Shown piece by piece: positions 6,708 to 15,642 of a stretch of DNA of 17,234 nt. Location: the UHGV virus genome UHGV-0178561. One strand, 5' to 3'. The notes beneath the pieces were generated by a model, which did no database searches, was not told the DNA's origin, and worked only from the letters and a program-made list of their open reading frames with translations. Position 1 is the first letter of the stretch. Every line of letters starts with the position of its first letter. Both the position numbers and the translations under genes were made by a program. The DNA comes from a virus.

Positions 6708-7937
6708 ATGCCTACAAAAAAGAAAGATATACCAACTTTAATTGCTGATTCTGCAAAAGCGTCATTACAAAGTTTTAACCATGATTATGGTAAACAATGG
6801 ACTTTTGGTGAAAATTGGTCAAATGTTAATACAATGTTTGAAACATATGTAAATAAATACCTATTTCCTAAAATTAATGAAACATTATTGATTGATATTG
6901 CTTTAGGAAATCGTTTCAATTGGTTAGCTGAAGAACAAGATTTTATCGGACAATATTCAGAGGAATATGTTATTATGGATACCATTCCAGTTGAAATGAA
7001 TTTATCTAAATCTGCAGAACTTATGTTAAAGCGTAATTATCCACAAATGGCTACACGTTTATATGGTTCAGGTATTGTTAAAAAGCAAAAATTCACATTG
7101 AATAATAATGATGTACGTTTTAATTTCCAAAAACTAAGTGATGCAACAAATTATGCATTAGGTGTTTTACGTAAGAAAATTTCAGATATTAATGTTCAAG
7201 AGGAAAAAGAAATACGTGCGATGATTGTTGATTATGCAATGAATCAATTGAGTGATTCAAATCGTCGTACAGCTTCATCTAAAGAAGATTTAACAGAACG
7301 TGTATTTGAAGCGATTTTGAATATGCAAAATAACAGTGCTAAATATAATGAAGTACGTAAGGCAAGTGGTGGTGCATTAGGACAATATACAACAGTTTCT
7401 AAACTTAAAGATATTGCCATTTTAACAACAGATTCATTGAAATCATATCTACTTGATACGAAAATTGCTAATACATTCCAAATGGCAGGTATTGACTTTA
7501 CAGATCATGTTATTAGTTTTGATGATTTAGGTGGTGTATATAAATCAACACAAGATGTAACATTATCAAATGAAGAAACGATTAACTACTTACGTGCGTT
7601 TGGTGATTATCAAGCAATGATTGGTGATGTCATTCCTGAAGGTTCAGTATTTACGTTTGACGTTACTGATTTAAAAGAATTTAGTGGTAAAGTAGAAGAA
7701 ATTAAACCAGATGGTGAATTGTTTGCATTTATTTTTGATGTGAACGGACTTAAATATAAACGTAATACACAAGGTATGTTAAAAGAAGGATTTTATAATG
7801 GTGAATTTGATGAAATGACATATTGGATTCATTATTATTCATTTAAAGCGATGTCACCTTTCTTTAATAAAATTTTAATTACAGAAGAACCAAAAGAACC
7901 AGAACAACCAGATGAAGAGGAAGAACCAGCACAATAA
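6708..7937 (+). CDS. Major capsid protein (phi29 gp8-like)
   Basis: AAGGAGG lies 10 nt upstream. The 409-aa product has a C-terminal YWIHYYSFKA, which resembles phi29 gp8 YWNYYYHVW. Size and position match a Picovirinae major head protein. It ends in an acidic Pro/Glu tail. Confidence 0.85.
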   Translation: MPTKKKDIPTLIADSAKASLQSFNHDYGKQWTFGENWSNVNTMFETYVNKYLFPKINETLLIDIALGNRFNWLAEEQDFIGQYSEEYVIMDTIPVEMNLSKSAELMLKRNYPQMATRLYGSGIVKKQKFTLNNNDVRFNFQKLSDATNYALGVLRKKISDINVQEEKEIRAMIVDYAMNQLSDSNRRTASSKEDLTERVFEAILNMQNNSAKYNEVRKASGGALGQYTTVSKLKDIAILTTDSLKSYLLDTKIANTFQMAGIDFTDHVISFDDLGGVYKSTQDVTLSNEETINYLRAFGDYQAMIGDVIPEGSVFTFDVTDLKEFSGKVEEIKPDGELFAFIFDVNGLKYKRNTQGMLKEGFYNGEFDEMTYWIHYYSFKAMSPFFNKILITEEPKEPEQPDEEEEPAQ

Positions 7938-7952
7938 GGAGGCTTTTAACCA

Positions 7953-8960
7953 ATGAATCATTTAGATAGAGATTTTATCGGACAAAATAATGATGTTGGT
8001 TTAAAAGTTGAATTACCAGAAGATATTGACCGACGAATTATGGAACATAGAAACCGATTTCGTCGGTTAATTTTTAATCGTTACGTTGAGTTTCTACCCC
8101 TACTTATTAATTACACCAATCAAAGAACGGTGGGTATTGATTTCTTACAACTTGAAATTGCATTAAGACAAGGTTATCAAGTTGTGGTAGGTAAAGCTAG
8201 AAATGATGTTATTATGATATTGGGTTATATACAATCACAATATTTTAAAAAAAGTAACGATTTTATTAATAACTTCAATTTAACTTTTAATAGACGACTT
8301 ACCCAAGATGATATTACTTTTATTATTCCTGAATATTTAAGACCTGAATATGCGTTAGAAATTGAATATTACGACCAATGTCAAAGTGGTGATTTTGTTG
8401 TATTACGCAACAAACCTGTTAATTTAAATAATGATTATCAAATTATAGAACATTATTGCGATGAATTAGCAGAAATTATATTATCCCGTTTCTCACTGAT
8501 TATGCAGTCTAAATTCAGTAAAATATTTTTATCTGATATTCAAGATGAAACGATTAACCAATTTATTAATAAATTGTATAATGGTGCACCTTTTATCAAA
8601 ACAGATAAATACATCGACCCAGAAGAAGATATTATTGATTTAGGTAGTGACTTTGTAACGACTGCTCTAGTTGAAATGAAACGAGAGTATCAAAATAAAG
8701 TAAGTGAGTTAAGTAACTTTTTAGGTGTCAATTCACTTGCCGTTGATAAAGAAAGTGGTGTCAGTGATACCGAAGCTAAATCCAATCGTTCATTTACCAC
8801 ATCAAACAGTAATATTTATTTAAGAGGTCGTGAACCTTTTGAAATGTTAAATCGTCGTTTTAATTTAGATATTCACCCCTATTACGATGATGAAGCGATT
8901 TCTGAAATGGATATTATGAATCTAAAAACTGATAATTTTGGTGGTGGAAAAGTTGAGTAA
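7953..8960 (+). CDS. Portal / upper collar (connector) protein (phi29 gp10-like)
   Basis: TAAGGAGG lies 10 nt upstream. The segment ELAEIILSRF...YNGAPFIK parallels phi29 gp10 ELAELKEIIS...YEGNAPVIF. Synteny: capsid, then portal, then lower collar. Confidence 0.75.
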   Translation: MNHLDRDFIGQNNDVGLKVELPEDIDRRIMEHRNRFRRLIFNRYVEFLPLLINYTNQRTVGIDFLQLEIALRQGYQVVVGKARNDVIMILGYIQSQYFKKSNDFINNFNLTFNRRLTQDDITFIIPEYLRPEYALEIEYYDQCQSGDFVVLRNKPVNLNNDYQIIEHYCDELAEIILSRFSLIMQSKFSKIFLSDIQDETINQFINKLYNGAPFIKTDKYIDPEEDIIDLGSDFVTTALVEMKREYQNKVSELSNFLGVNSLAVDKESGVSDTEAKSNRSFTTSNSNIYLRGREPFEMLNRRFNLDIHPYYDDEAISEMDIMNLKTDNFGGGKVE

Positions 8961-9789
8961 ACATACAACGACGTTATATGAAATTATTGAAAGTGAATTA
9001 CAACGTTTAGGATTAAATGAATTTGTTAATAATGATAGAATACATTTTAATGATTCAAAACATGCGTTTATGCAAAAAATGTTATATTTTGATGATGATG
9101 TGAAAGAAATTGTTGATAACATATTTTTTAAAGGTTTCATGTTTAATGATGAACGGATTGATCGTTATTTTAAAGAAAGTTTTACATTGCGTTTTTTATA
9201 TCGTGAAATTGGTAGACAAACGGTAGAAGCGTTTGCATCTCAAGTCCTATATATCACCATGACACATGAGGATTACATTTATCGTGTCTATGGTTCTGAT
9301 ATGTATAAATATATTGAACAAGTCACTGATACACAGTCACAAGACTTAGGAAAAGCGATAGAAAACGCAATCGAACAAGGTCAAACAAAAGACAGACAAC
9401 AAGATAAAGGTCATGAAGAATATGAAGATTATGAAGATACCATCACAAAAAGTTTCGATGATAATCGGACTGCTGAATCTACCCTACCCCAGTCACAAGT
9501 GAATATTGATGTAGATAATACAGTGCTTGATTATGCAGATACGAATACGATTTCAAGAGATAAAAATACCAGTGAAACCGTATCAGAAAAAAAAGGTACA
9601 AAAGATAATACGTTTGATTCATTAAGAAATGGTGAAAGTGATTCAAAACGTAATACACAATCACAAAATGAAATGAATCGTACAGGTTTAACAAAACAAT
9701 ACTTAATTGATAACTTGCAAAAGTTATATTCAATGCGTGATAAAATATTTAAAACATATGATAAAGAATGTTTTTTACACATATGGTAG
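8938..9789 (+). CDS. Lower collar protein (phi29 gp11-like). The start is uncertain and non-ATG: TTG 8953, or GTG 8941/8944
   Basis: There is no in-frame ATG for about 44 codons. GGTGGAAAAG precedes TTG 8953. The gene overlaps the portal stop at 8958-8960. The roughly 280-aa product is syntenic with lower collar proteins. Confidence 0.6.
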   Translation: MVVEKLSKHTTTLYEIIESELQRLGLNEFVNNDRIHFNDSKHAFMQKMLYFDDDVKEIVDNIFFKGFMFNDERIDRYFKESFTLRFLYREIGRQTVEAFASQVLYITMTHEDYIYRVYGSDMYKYIEQVTDTQSQDLGKAIENAIEQGQTKDRQQDKGHEEYEDYEDTITKSFDDNRTAESTLPQSQVNIDVDNTVLDYADTNTISRDKNTSETVSEKKGTKDNTFDSLRNGESDSKRNTQSQNEMNRTGLTKQYLIDNLQKLYSMRDKIFKTYDKECFLHIW

Positions 9790-9800
9790 GAGGATAAGAT

Positions 9801-11630
9801 ATGTATATAAACAACGGAAGAATTAATTATGATAATGAATATGGTTATCGTCGAGGTGTCTATCGTGAACCTTTTTATAGTGACGCATCAGACTATAATA
9901 CCAATTCAAAATCATATTATGATTACTTAGCACGTTTTAATGGATTTATTTTTGAATTATGTGATTTTGTAAATGGACTTGCTGATGATATACAACATAT
10001 GAAAGAGACCTATGATGCGTTAACATTATCCAATAAAGATGTCACATACACAGTTGGTCAAGAGGGTGATTTTGATACATTGAATCATTGCTTTGAACAT
10101 ATTGAAGATTTAATTGTGCAACCGAAATCCATACGTGTCATTTTACTTAAAGATTATATGATGCGAGAACAATTATTCTTACGTGATAAACGTTATAATC
10201 ATATTACGATTACATCAGAAAATGATATTGTCGAAGCCTATGAAACAGAATTAAATAAACAAGTTGAAATAAAAACAAACCCTATTTTTAGAGTTAAACC
10301 CCTATTTTATGGATTAAATTCAACATTCCCTAAAATTGATTTTAAACTTCAAAACAAAGATTTTTCAGATACCATTAATTGTGGTTTCTTAATGGATAAT
10401 ACAGCATTTGAAATGACAGAACGTGGCGGTTCGACACATTTTAACTTTATAGGTTTATGTGGTGTCAATGGTTCACATATTCAAGCTAACTATTGTGATT
10501 TTTCCTATAATGGAAATAGAGAGCAATTAGAAGAGTATAATAAAGACCAAGATATGTACGGTGACGGATTAAGAATATTTAATTCATCACTCACAGGTAA
10601 CTATATGACAGTACACCGATGTGGTGAAATTGGTATTCATTTCTCACATGGTGCAAGTGGTTATATTGATTATACGGAAGCACGTTTTAATGGACATCAT
10701 GGTTTAATGGTGACTACAGGTTCACAAGCCAGTGCAAGAAACTGTAAAATTACAGATACCATTGATGATAACGTTGTCAGTTATGCCTCAAGTGATATTG
10801 ATTTAAGATATTCAGATTGTTCAAATTCACAAACGACGTATGGCTGTATTGCTACACGTTCATCAAACATTAACTTTGATAAAGGAATTGCCAATGGTTG
10901 CGGTACAAGTGGCATCATGGCAAATAGAGGTTGCTCTATTGATGCGACAGGTGCAACAGCTTCACGTAACAAGTGGCATGGTGTGATTGCAAGTAATAAC
11001 TCAAAAGTTGATTTTACAAGTGGTAATGCCAATGAAAATGGCATCGATGGTATTCAATGTACACATGGTTCAACAGTACAAGCGAGATTATCAACAGCAA
11101 ATGGTAATAAACGTAATGGTGTACTTGCTTATGCAGGTGATGTGTATGCACAAGAAATTAATTGTGATGGTAACGGTCGTCGTGGATTAGAAGCCACACG
11201 TGGTGGATATGTCGCAGCATATGGTGCAAAAGTGTCACGTTCAAAAGATGATAACGTACTCGCTTATGGATCAATGATTTCTATTAACGAAGCAGTTATT
11301 GAACGTGCAGGTCGTAATGGTATTGAAGCAACACGTGGTGGACAAATATTTGCTGATAGAATTACCATTACAGGTAGTGGTGATTACGGTATTTTAGCTT
11401 ATGCATCTAAAGTTTTTGCTGAAGCATCACATATTTCAGGTACAAAAAACGAACCCGTATATGTGACACGTGGTGGAGAAGTCACATGCTTTGGTTCAAA
11501 TATTTTGAGTAACAAAACAGTCTATAACGTGTATAATGGTAGTAGGATATTTACAGATAAAGATCATAAATATTCTACAAATATTGAACCGAATACAATG
11601 GATAGTAAAGGGTTCATTATACAAGGGTAG
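9801..11630 (+). CDS. Tail fiber / appendage protein with a right-handed beta-helix (phi29 gp12-like receptor-binding protein)
   Basis: AGGAGG lies 7 nt upstream. The 609-aa product has an N-terminal anchoring domain followed by Gly-rich repeats with a 45-aa period (EATRGGYVAAYG.../EATRGGQIFADR.../VTRGGEVTCFG...), typical of pectate-lyase-like tailspikes. Confidence 0.65.
   Translation: MYINNGRINYDNEYGYRRGVYREPFYSDASDYNTNSKSYYDYLARFNGFIFELCDFVNGLADDIQHMKETYDALTLSNKDVTYTVGQEGDFDTLNHCFEHIEDLIVQPKSIRVILLKDYMMREQLFLRDKRYNHITITSENDIVEAYETELNKQVEIKTNPIFRVKPLFYGLNSTFPKIDFKLQNKDFSDTINCGFLMDNTAFEMTERGGSTHFNFIGLCGVNGSHIQANYCDFSYNGNREQLEEYNKDQDMYGDGLRIFNSSLTGNYMTVHRCGEIGIHFSHGASGYIDYTEARFNGHHGLMVTTGSQASARNCKITDTIDDNVVSYASSDIDLRYSDCSNSQTTYGCIATRSSNINFDKGIANGCGTSGIMANRGCSIDATGATASRNKWHGVIASNNSKVDFTSGNANENGIDGIQCTHGSTVQARLSTANGNKRNGVLAYAGDVYAQEINCDGNGRRGLEATRGGYVAAYGAKVSRSKDDNVLAYGSMISINEAVIERAGRNGIEATRGGQIFADRITITGSGDYGILAYASKVFAEASHISGTKNEPVYVTRGGEVTCFGSNILSNKTVYNVYNGSRIFTDKDHKYSTNIEPNTMDSKGFIIQG
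11196..11477 (+). repeat. In-frame 135-nt (45-aa) periodic repeats inside the tail fiber gene
   Basis: The core ACACGTGGTGGA recurs at 11196, 11331 and 11466, each exactly 135 nt after the last, encoding (E)ATRGG / VTRGG. Nucleotide identity outside the core is low, so these are beta-helix rungs rather than recent duplications. Confidence 0.7.
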
Positions 11631-11648
11631 AACATTTCTACCCTTTTT
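11625..11648 (+). terminator. Rho-independent terminator overlapping the tail-fiber stop codon
   Basis: GGGTAGA-ACATT-TCTACCC is a perfect 7-bp stem followed by TTTTT. Read-through is probably partial, because the amidase Shine-Dalgarno follows 9 nt later. Confidence 0.6.
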
Positions 11649-11669
11649 ATTAAAAATGGAGGCGAAATA

Positions 11670-12587
11670 ATGAGTAAGAAAAAAATAGGTACATGGAATG
11701 GTGTTCCCGTTTATACGGACTTTTTACCCTTTGGAACAAGACGTACAGGACAAAAACTCACTACAGGACAACCCCGTTTTGCAGTCTTTCATGACACAGG
11801 AAATCCAGATACCACAGCACAAGATAATGTGAATTACTACAAAAATACGTATAATATTGATTGGGCGATGGTTGCAAGTGCGCACGTCTTTGTTGATGAT
11901 AAAGAAGCAATTATTTGTATTCCAGTGACAGAGAAATCATGGCATGTATTGTATGATACACCTACAGATAATGCTTGGTATGGTGTTGATGCTAATGATG
12001 GTGCGTTTGGTGTTGAAGCATGTTACTTTAAAAATAAAGAACGTTCAATGAAAGCATTGGATAATGCGTGTCGTGTGATGGCAACTTTATGTAAATCTTG
12101 GGACATTAATCCTAAAAATGAAATGCCAGGTCATCAAGATATTCAAGCAGATAAACAAGACCCAGGTAATATCTTATCAGCATGTGGTTACGGACGACGT
12201 GATATGAAAGTGATTGATAATTTAGTTGTGGGTTACATGAAAGGTAAACAATTAACAGAATCAAAAAAACAACCTAAAACACTTTTCAATTGGTATGGAA
12301 AATTCACAACACATAAAACAAATAAAGAACCCATTGTTGTAAGACGACAAGCAGGTTTAAATGCTAAAATGGTTGATAAAAATTCTTGGATATATCCTAA
12401 TCAATATGTCAAATTCGATCAAATCATTAAAAAAGATGGTTATTGGTGGTTAGGTTTTTATTACCAAAAAAAAGGTGCAAGCAAAAATAGATTTTACATG
12501 CCAATTGGAAAAATTGAAGATAAACAAGAAAAAATATTAAATGAAAAACATCTTTGGGGAAAACTGGAGGTCGAAAAACGTGGCTAG
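11670..12587 (+). CDS. Endolysin: N-acetylmuramoyl-L-alanine amidase (Amidase_2/PGRP) with a C-terminal SH3b (SH3_5) cell-wall-binding domain
   Basis: TGGAGG lies 7 nt upstream. It has Zn-ligand-like motifs, FHDTGN and GHQDIQADKQDPG (compare T7 lysozyme HHEVAPKACP). The C-terminal KDGYWWLGFYY...RFYMPIG...LWG resembles the lysostaphin SH3b KQDGHVWVGYT...RIYLPV...LWG. Confidence 0.85.
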   Translation: MSKKKIGTWNGVPVYTDFLPFGTRRTGQKLTTGQPRFAVFHDTGNPDTTAQDNVNYYKNTYNIDWAMVASAHVFVDDKEAIICIPVTEKSWHVLYDTPTDNAWYGVDANDGAFGVEACYFKNKERSMKALDNACRVMATLCKSWDINPKNEMPGHQDIQADKQDPGNILSACGYGRRDMKVIDNLVVGYMKGKQLTESKKQPKTLFNWYGKFTTHKTNKEPIVVRRQAGLNAKMVDKNSWIYPNQYVKFDQIIKKDGYWWLGFYYQKKGASKNRFYMPIGKIEDKQEKILNEKHLWGKLEVEKRG

Positions 12588-13395
12588 TAAATTTGTAAGA
12601 AGTGTCAAAGATATTTATCACTTAGAACAATTTAATACAAACCTTGTTGATGAAAATGATATATTATCAACCATTGATGGTGACGTATACATTTACACAA
12701 AAGACGGTTTTCTTCATTTAGAAAGTATTGAACCTTTACAAGATGAAATGCAAGAAGTACAAGAAAAGTTATCAGATAATGAAAAACGTATCTATGATAG
12801 TGAAGAAAAAATTAAAGTGATTGAAACATCAGTCGAAGATAACACATTAAAAGTGCGTGAAGTCACTGAAAAATTAGACAATGCACATTTAGATGAAATG
12901 AAACAAAAATTGGATTCACTGAATATCGATGAATTGAAACAAGAACAACAAACGTTATCAGAAAAGATTGACGAAACGACAAACGAAACGAATAAAAAAA
13001 TTCAATCGAATACAGATAAAATTAATGAAATTAATATTACAGATACAGGTTGGCAAAATATTGATATCACAGGAGAGGGGCTCACACCGCATACCGATCC
13101 ACCCCAATATCGCATCACAACGGTCAAATCCATTCAAATCATCGCTTTACGTGGCGCAGTGAATGGTTATAAAGGTGATACTATTACAATAGGTAAAATT
13201 CCGTTAGATGAAAAATTAAACGGTGCCTTATCTAACCCACATTATTATGTACAAAATACATCTAAAAAAAGTGGATCAATCAACTTTATGAGAATCACTA
13301 TTAAACGTGAGGGCGATATTGTCTTAGAGGGTACAACAAATGATTCACCAACGGGTAGTGAATGGTGTCCAATTAATACCGTATTTATGAATTAA
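12580..13395 (+). CDS. Trimeric fiber-like structural protein: N-terminal anchor, central coiled coil, C-terminal globular knob. Candidate head fiber or second receptor-binding protein
   Basis: ORF 12541..13395. The preferred start is GTG 12580 with GGAGG 8 nt upstream, overlapping the amidase stop by 8 nt. Residues roughly 70-170 are a charged coiled coil, followed by a beta-rich C-terminal domain. Confidence 0.6.
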   Translation: MASKFVRSVKDIYHLEQFNTNLVDENDILSTIDGDVYIYTKDGFLHLESIEPLQDEMQEVQEKLSDNEKRIYDSEEKIKVIETSVEDNTLKVREVTEKLDNAHLDEMKQKLDSLNIDELKQEQQTLSEKIDETTNETNKKIQSNTDKINEINITDTGWQNIDITGEGLTPHTDPPQYRITTVKSIQIIALRGAVNGYKGDTITIGKIPLDEKLNGALSNPHYYVQNTSKKSGSINFMRITIKREGDIVLEGTTNDSPTGSEWCPINTVFMN

Positions 13396-13406
13396 ATTAT
13401 GATATA

Positions 13407-13433
13407 ATAGACACGTGAAAGCGTGTCTATTTT
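13407..13433 (+). terminator. Rho-independent terminator after the fiber-like gene
   Basis: ATAGACACG-TGAAAG-CGTGTCTAT is a perfect 9-bp stem followed by TTTT. It lies between the stop at 13395 and the tail-knob Shine-Dalgarno. Confidence 0.55.
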
Positions 13434-13453
13434 ACATATAAGGAGGATAAGAA

Positions 13454-15220
13454 ATGGCAGATAGAAAACTAACACATTTTAAATTTTTCTATAATACACC
13501 ACTAACAGATTATCAGAATACCATTCATTTTCCGTCAAATGCTGAACGTGATCATTATTTTTTAAATGAAAATCACTTTTATGCCATTGATTACAAAAAT
13601 ATACCATTTAATTTTATACGTGATAGAAATATGGTCAATCTTGAGCAAATGTCATGGCAAGACGCACAGGGGATCAATTATTGTACATTTAAGTCTGATT
13701 TTGAAGATCGACGTTATTATGCGTTTGTCAATCAAATAGAGTATGTGAACGACCATGTCACACGCATGTATTTAGTGATAGATACCGTCATGACTTATAC
13801 ACAGGGGAATGTATTATCAACAGTGCAAAATGCATTTGTTGAACGTCAACACCTGCCACGTGAGGTCTATAATTATTTATTACCGTCACTGAGAAATAAT
13901 GATGATGTCATTAAAGCGAATAACAAATACTATTTAAATAATTATCTTGAACAGTTTGGTGGTAATCTTGTTTTATTCCAATCAAGTGCTGATTTATCTA
14001 AAAAGTTTGGAACTAAAAAAGAACCAAACTTAGAATCTTCAAAAGGGATTACGTACGATTACATTACAAGTCCAGTCAATTTATATGTCATGAATCGTGA
14101 GGATTTTAATAACTTTATGGATAAAATGAGTAAATACCCTTGGATTACACAAAATTTCCAAAAAATTATTCTAATCCCCGCAACATTTATTAATAAGGAC
14201 GATTTAGAAGCAGTCAAAACACAAGAAGATATTAAAGGATTAATGACACTTAAAAATGATAAGTTATCCAATGAGTGGGAATTAAAAGAATTACGTGTTC
14301 CGTTTGAACGATTGCAATATATGTTAAATAGTAATCAAGATGAACTCAAACATTTAGTCAGAAATGAATATTTAACAATTGAAATCTATTCATGGAATGG
14401 TGATAGTTTATTGCTTGATGCTGGGAAAATAACAGAAAAAACAGGGGTTAAGTTAAGAACAAAATCTATTATTGGGTATCATAATGAAGTTCGTGTGTAT
14501 CCTGTTGATTATAACAGCGCACCCAATGAAAAACCGATACAAGCGACTGATAATTCAATACTCATCGATACGGGTTCGTTCTTAAATACTGCTATTACCT
14601 TTGATAGCTTTGCTGAAGTCCCTATTTTAATTGATAATGGCTTACTTGCACAATCTCAACAAGCCAATAAACAAAAAAATGCACAAAGTAATTTAATATC
14701 TAGCAGAATCAATAATGTTGTCAATGGTAATGATTTGAAATCAAGATTTTATGATGCTGTAAGTATTGGATCAAACCTTTCACCAACGGCTTTATTTTCA
14801 AAATTTAATGATGAATATAATTACTATAAAGAATTACGTGCAGAATATAAAGACTTAGCATTACAACCACCAACCGTGACAAGTTCACAAATGGGTAATG
14901 CGTTCCAAATTGCTAATAGTATTAATGGCTTAACCATGAAAATTGGGGTACCTGCACCATTTGATATGGATAATATCCAACGTTATTACTTCATGCTAGG
15001 TTTTGAAACGAACGACCAAGCAGGGACACCGTTCCCTATTGATTCATGGACAGTATGCAATTATTTAAGAATGAGAGGTACATATACCATTGACGGAATT
15101 GACCCAATGTTACTCGAACAACTGAAAGTATTACTTGAAACAGGTGTGAGATTTTGGCATAACGACGGTTCAAATAACCCAATGGCACAAAATGTCTTTA
15201 AAAATAAATTTAGAAAGTAG
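13454..15220 (+). CDS. Tail knob / distal tube protein (phi29 gp9-like)
   Basis: AAGGAGG lies 7 nt upstream. N-terminal TPLTDYQNTIHF and YAFVNQIEYVNDHVTRMYLVIDTVMTY match phi29 gp9 VPFSNDYKNTRWF and YAFVTELEFKNSAVTYVHFEIDVLQTW. C-terminal GVRFWHNDGSNN matches GITLWHTDNIGN. Confidence 0.85.
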   Translation: MADRKLTHFKFFYNTPLTDYQNTIHFPSNAERDHYFLNENHFYAIDYKNIPFNFIRDRNMVNLEQMSWQDAQGINYCTFKSDFEDRRYYAFVNQIEYVNDHVTRMYLVIDTVMTYTQGNVLSTVQNAFVERQHLPREVYNYLLPSLRNNDDVIKANNKYYLNNYLEQFGGNLVLFQSSADLSKKFGTKKEPNLESSKGITYDYITSPVNLYVMNREDFNNFMDKMSKYPWITQNFQKIILIPATFINKDDLEAVKTQEDIKGLMTLKNDKLSNEWELKELRVPFERLQYMLNSNQDELKHLVRNEYLTIEIYSWNGDSLLLDAGKITEKTGVKLRTKSIIGYHNEVRVYPVDYNSAPNEKPIQATDNSILIDTGSFLNTAITFDSFAEVPILIDNGLLAQSQQANKQKNAQSNLISSRINNVVNGNDLKSRFYDAVSIGSNLSPTALFSKFNDEYNYYKELRAEYKDLALQPPTVTSSQMGNAFQIANSINGLTMKIGVPAPFDMDNIQRYYFMLGFETNDQAGTPFPIDSWTVCNYLRMRGTYTIDGIDPMLLEQLKVLLETGVRFWHNDGSNNPMAQNVFKNKFRK

Positions 15221-15228
15221 GTTAAGTG

Positions 15229-15642
15229 ATGGAAAATAAAGGAGAGTTACACGTGGAATATACACACACAGATTTGTTTCATAAATTTATATATGGGGGT
15301 GACTTAACACTACTTTATTTTTTAATGGTACTTATGGTTATTGATATTATCACTGGGCTTGCTAAAGCATTTAAAAATAAAGATTTATGGAGTCGTAAAT
15401 CAATGTATGGCTTTGGTCGTAAGATACTCATTTTCTGTATCATTATTTTAGCTAATATCATCGACCAAATATTAAAATTGAATAATGGTTTAGTGATGGT
15501 AACGATATTTTTCTATATTGCTAATGAGGGATTATCTATTGTTGAAAACTGTGCAGAAATGGGTGTACTCATTCCCAATGAAATTGGTGAAAAACTCAAA
15601 GTGATTCGTGGTAACAGTGAGGGTGATAAAAAAGATGAATGA
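15229..15642 (+). CDS. Holin (phi29 gp14-like / holin_tox_secr family). Possible alternative starts at GTG 15226 and GTG 15253
   Basis: About three hydrophobic helices (LLYFLMVLMVIDIITGLAKAF; ILIFCIIILANIID; LVMVTIFFYIANEGLSIVEN), with the family motif NEGLSIVEN and a charged C-terminal tail. A strong AAAGGAGAG Shine-Dalgarno serves the internal GTG 15253. Confidence 0.8.
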   Translation: MENKGELHVEYTHTDLFHKFIYGGDLTLLYFLMVLMVIDIITGLAKAFKNKDLWSRKSMYGFGRKILIFCIIILANIIDQILKLNNGLVMVTIFFYIANEGLSIVENCAEMGVLIPNEIGEKLKVIRGNSEGDKKDE

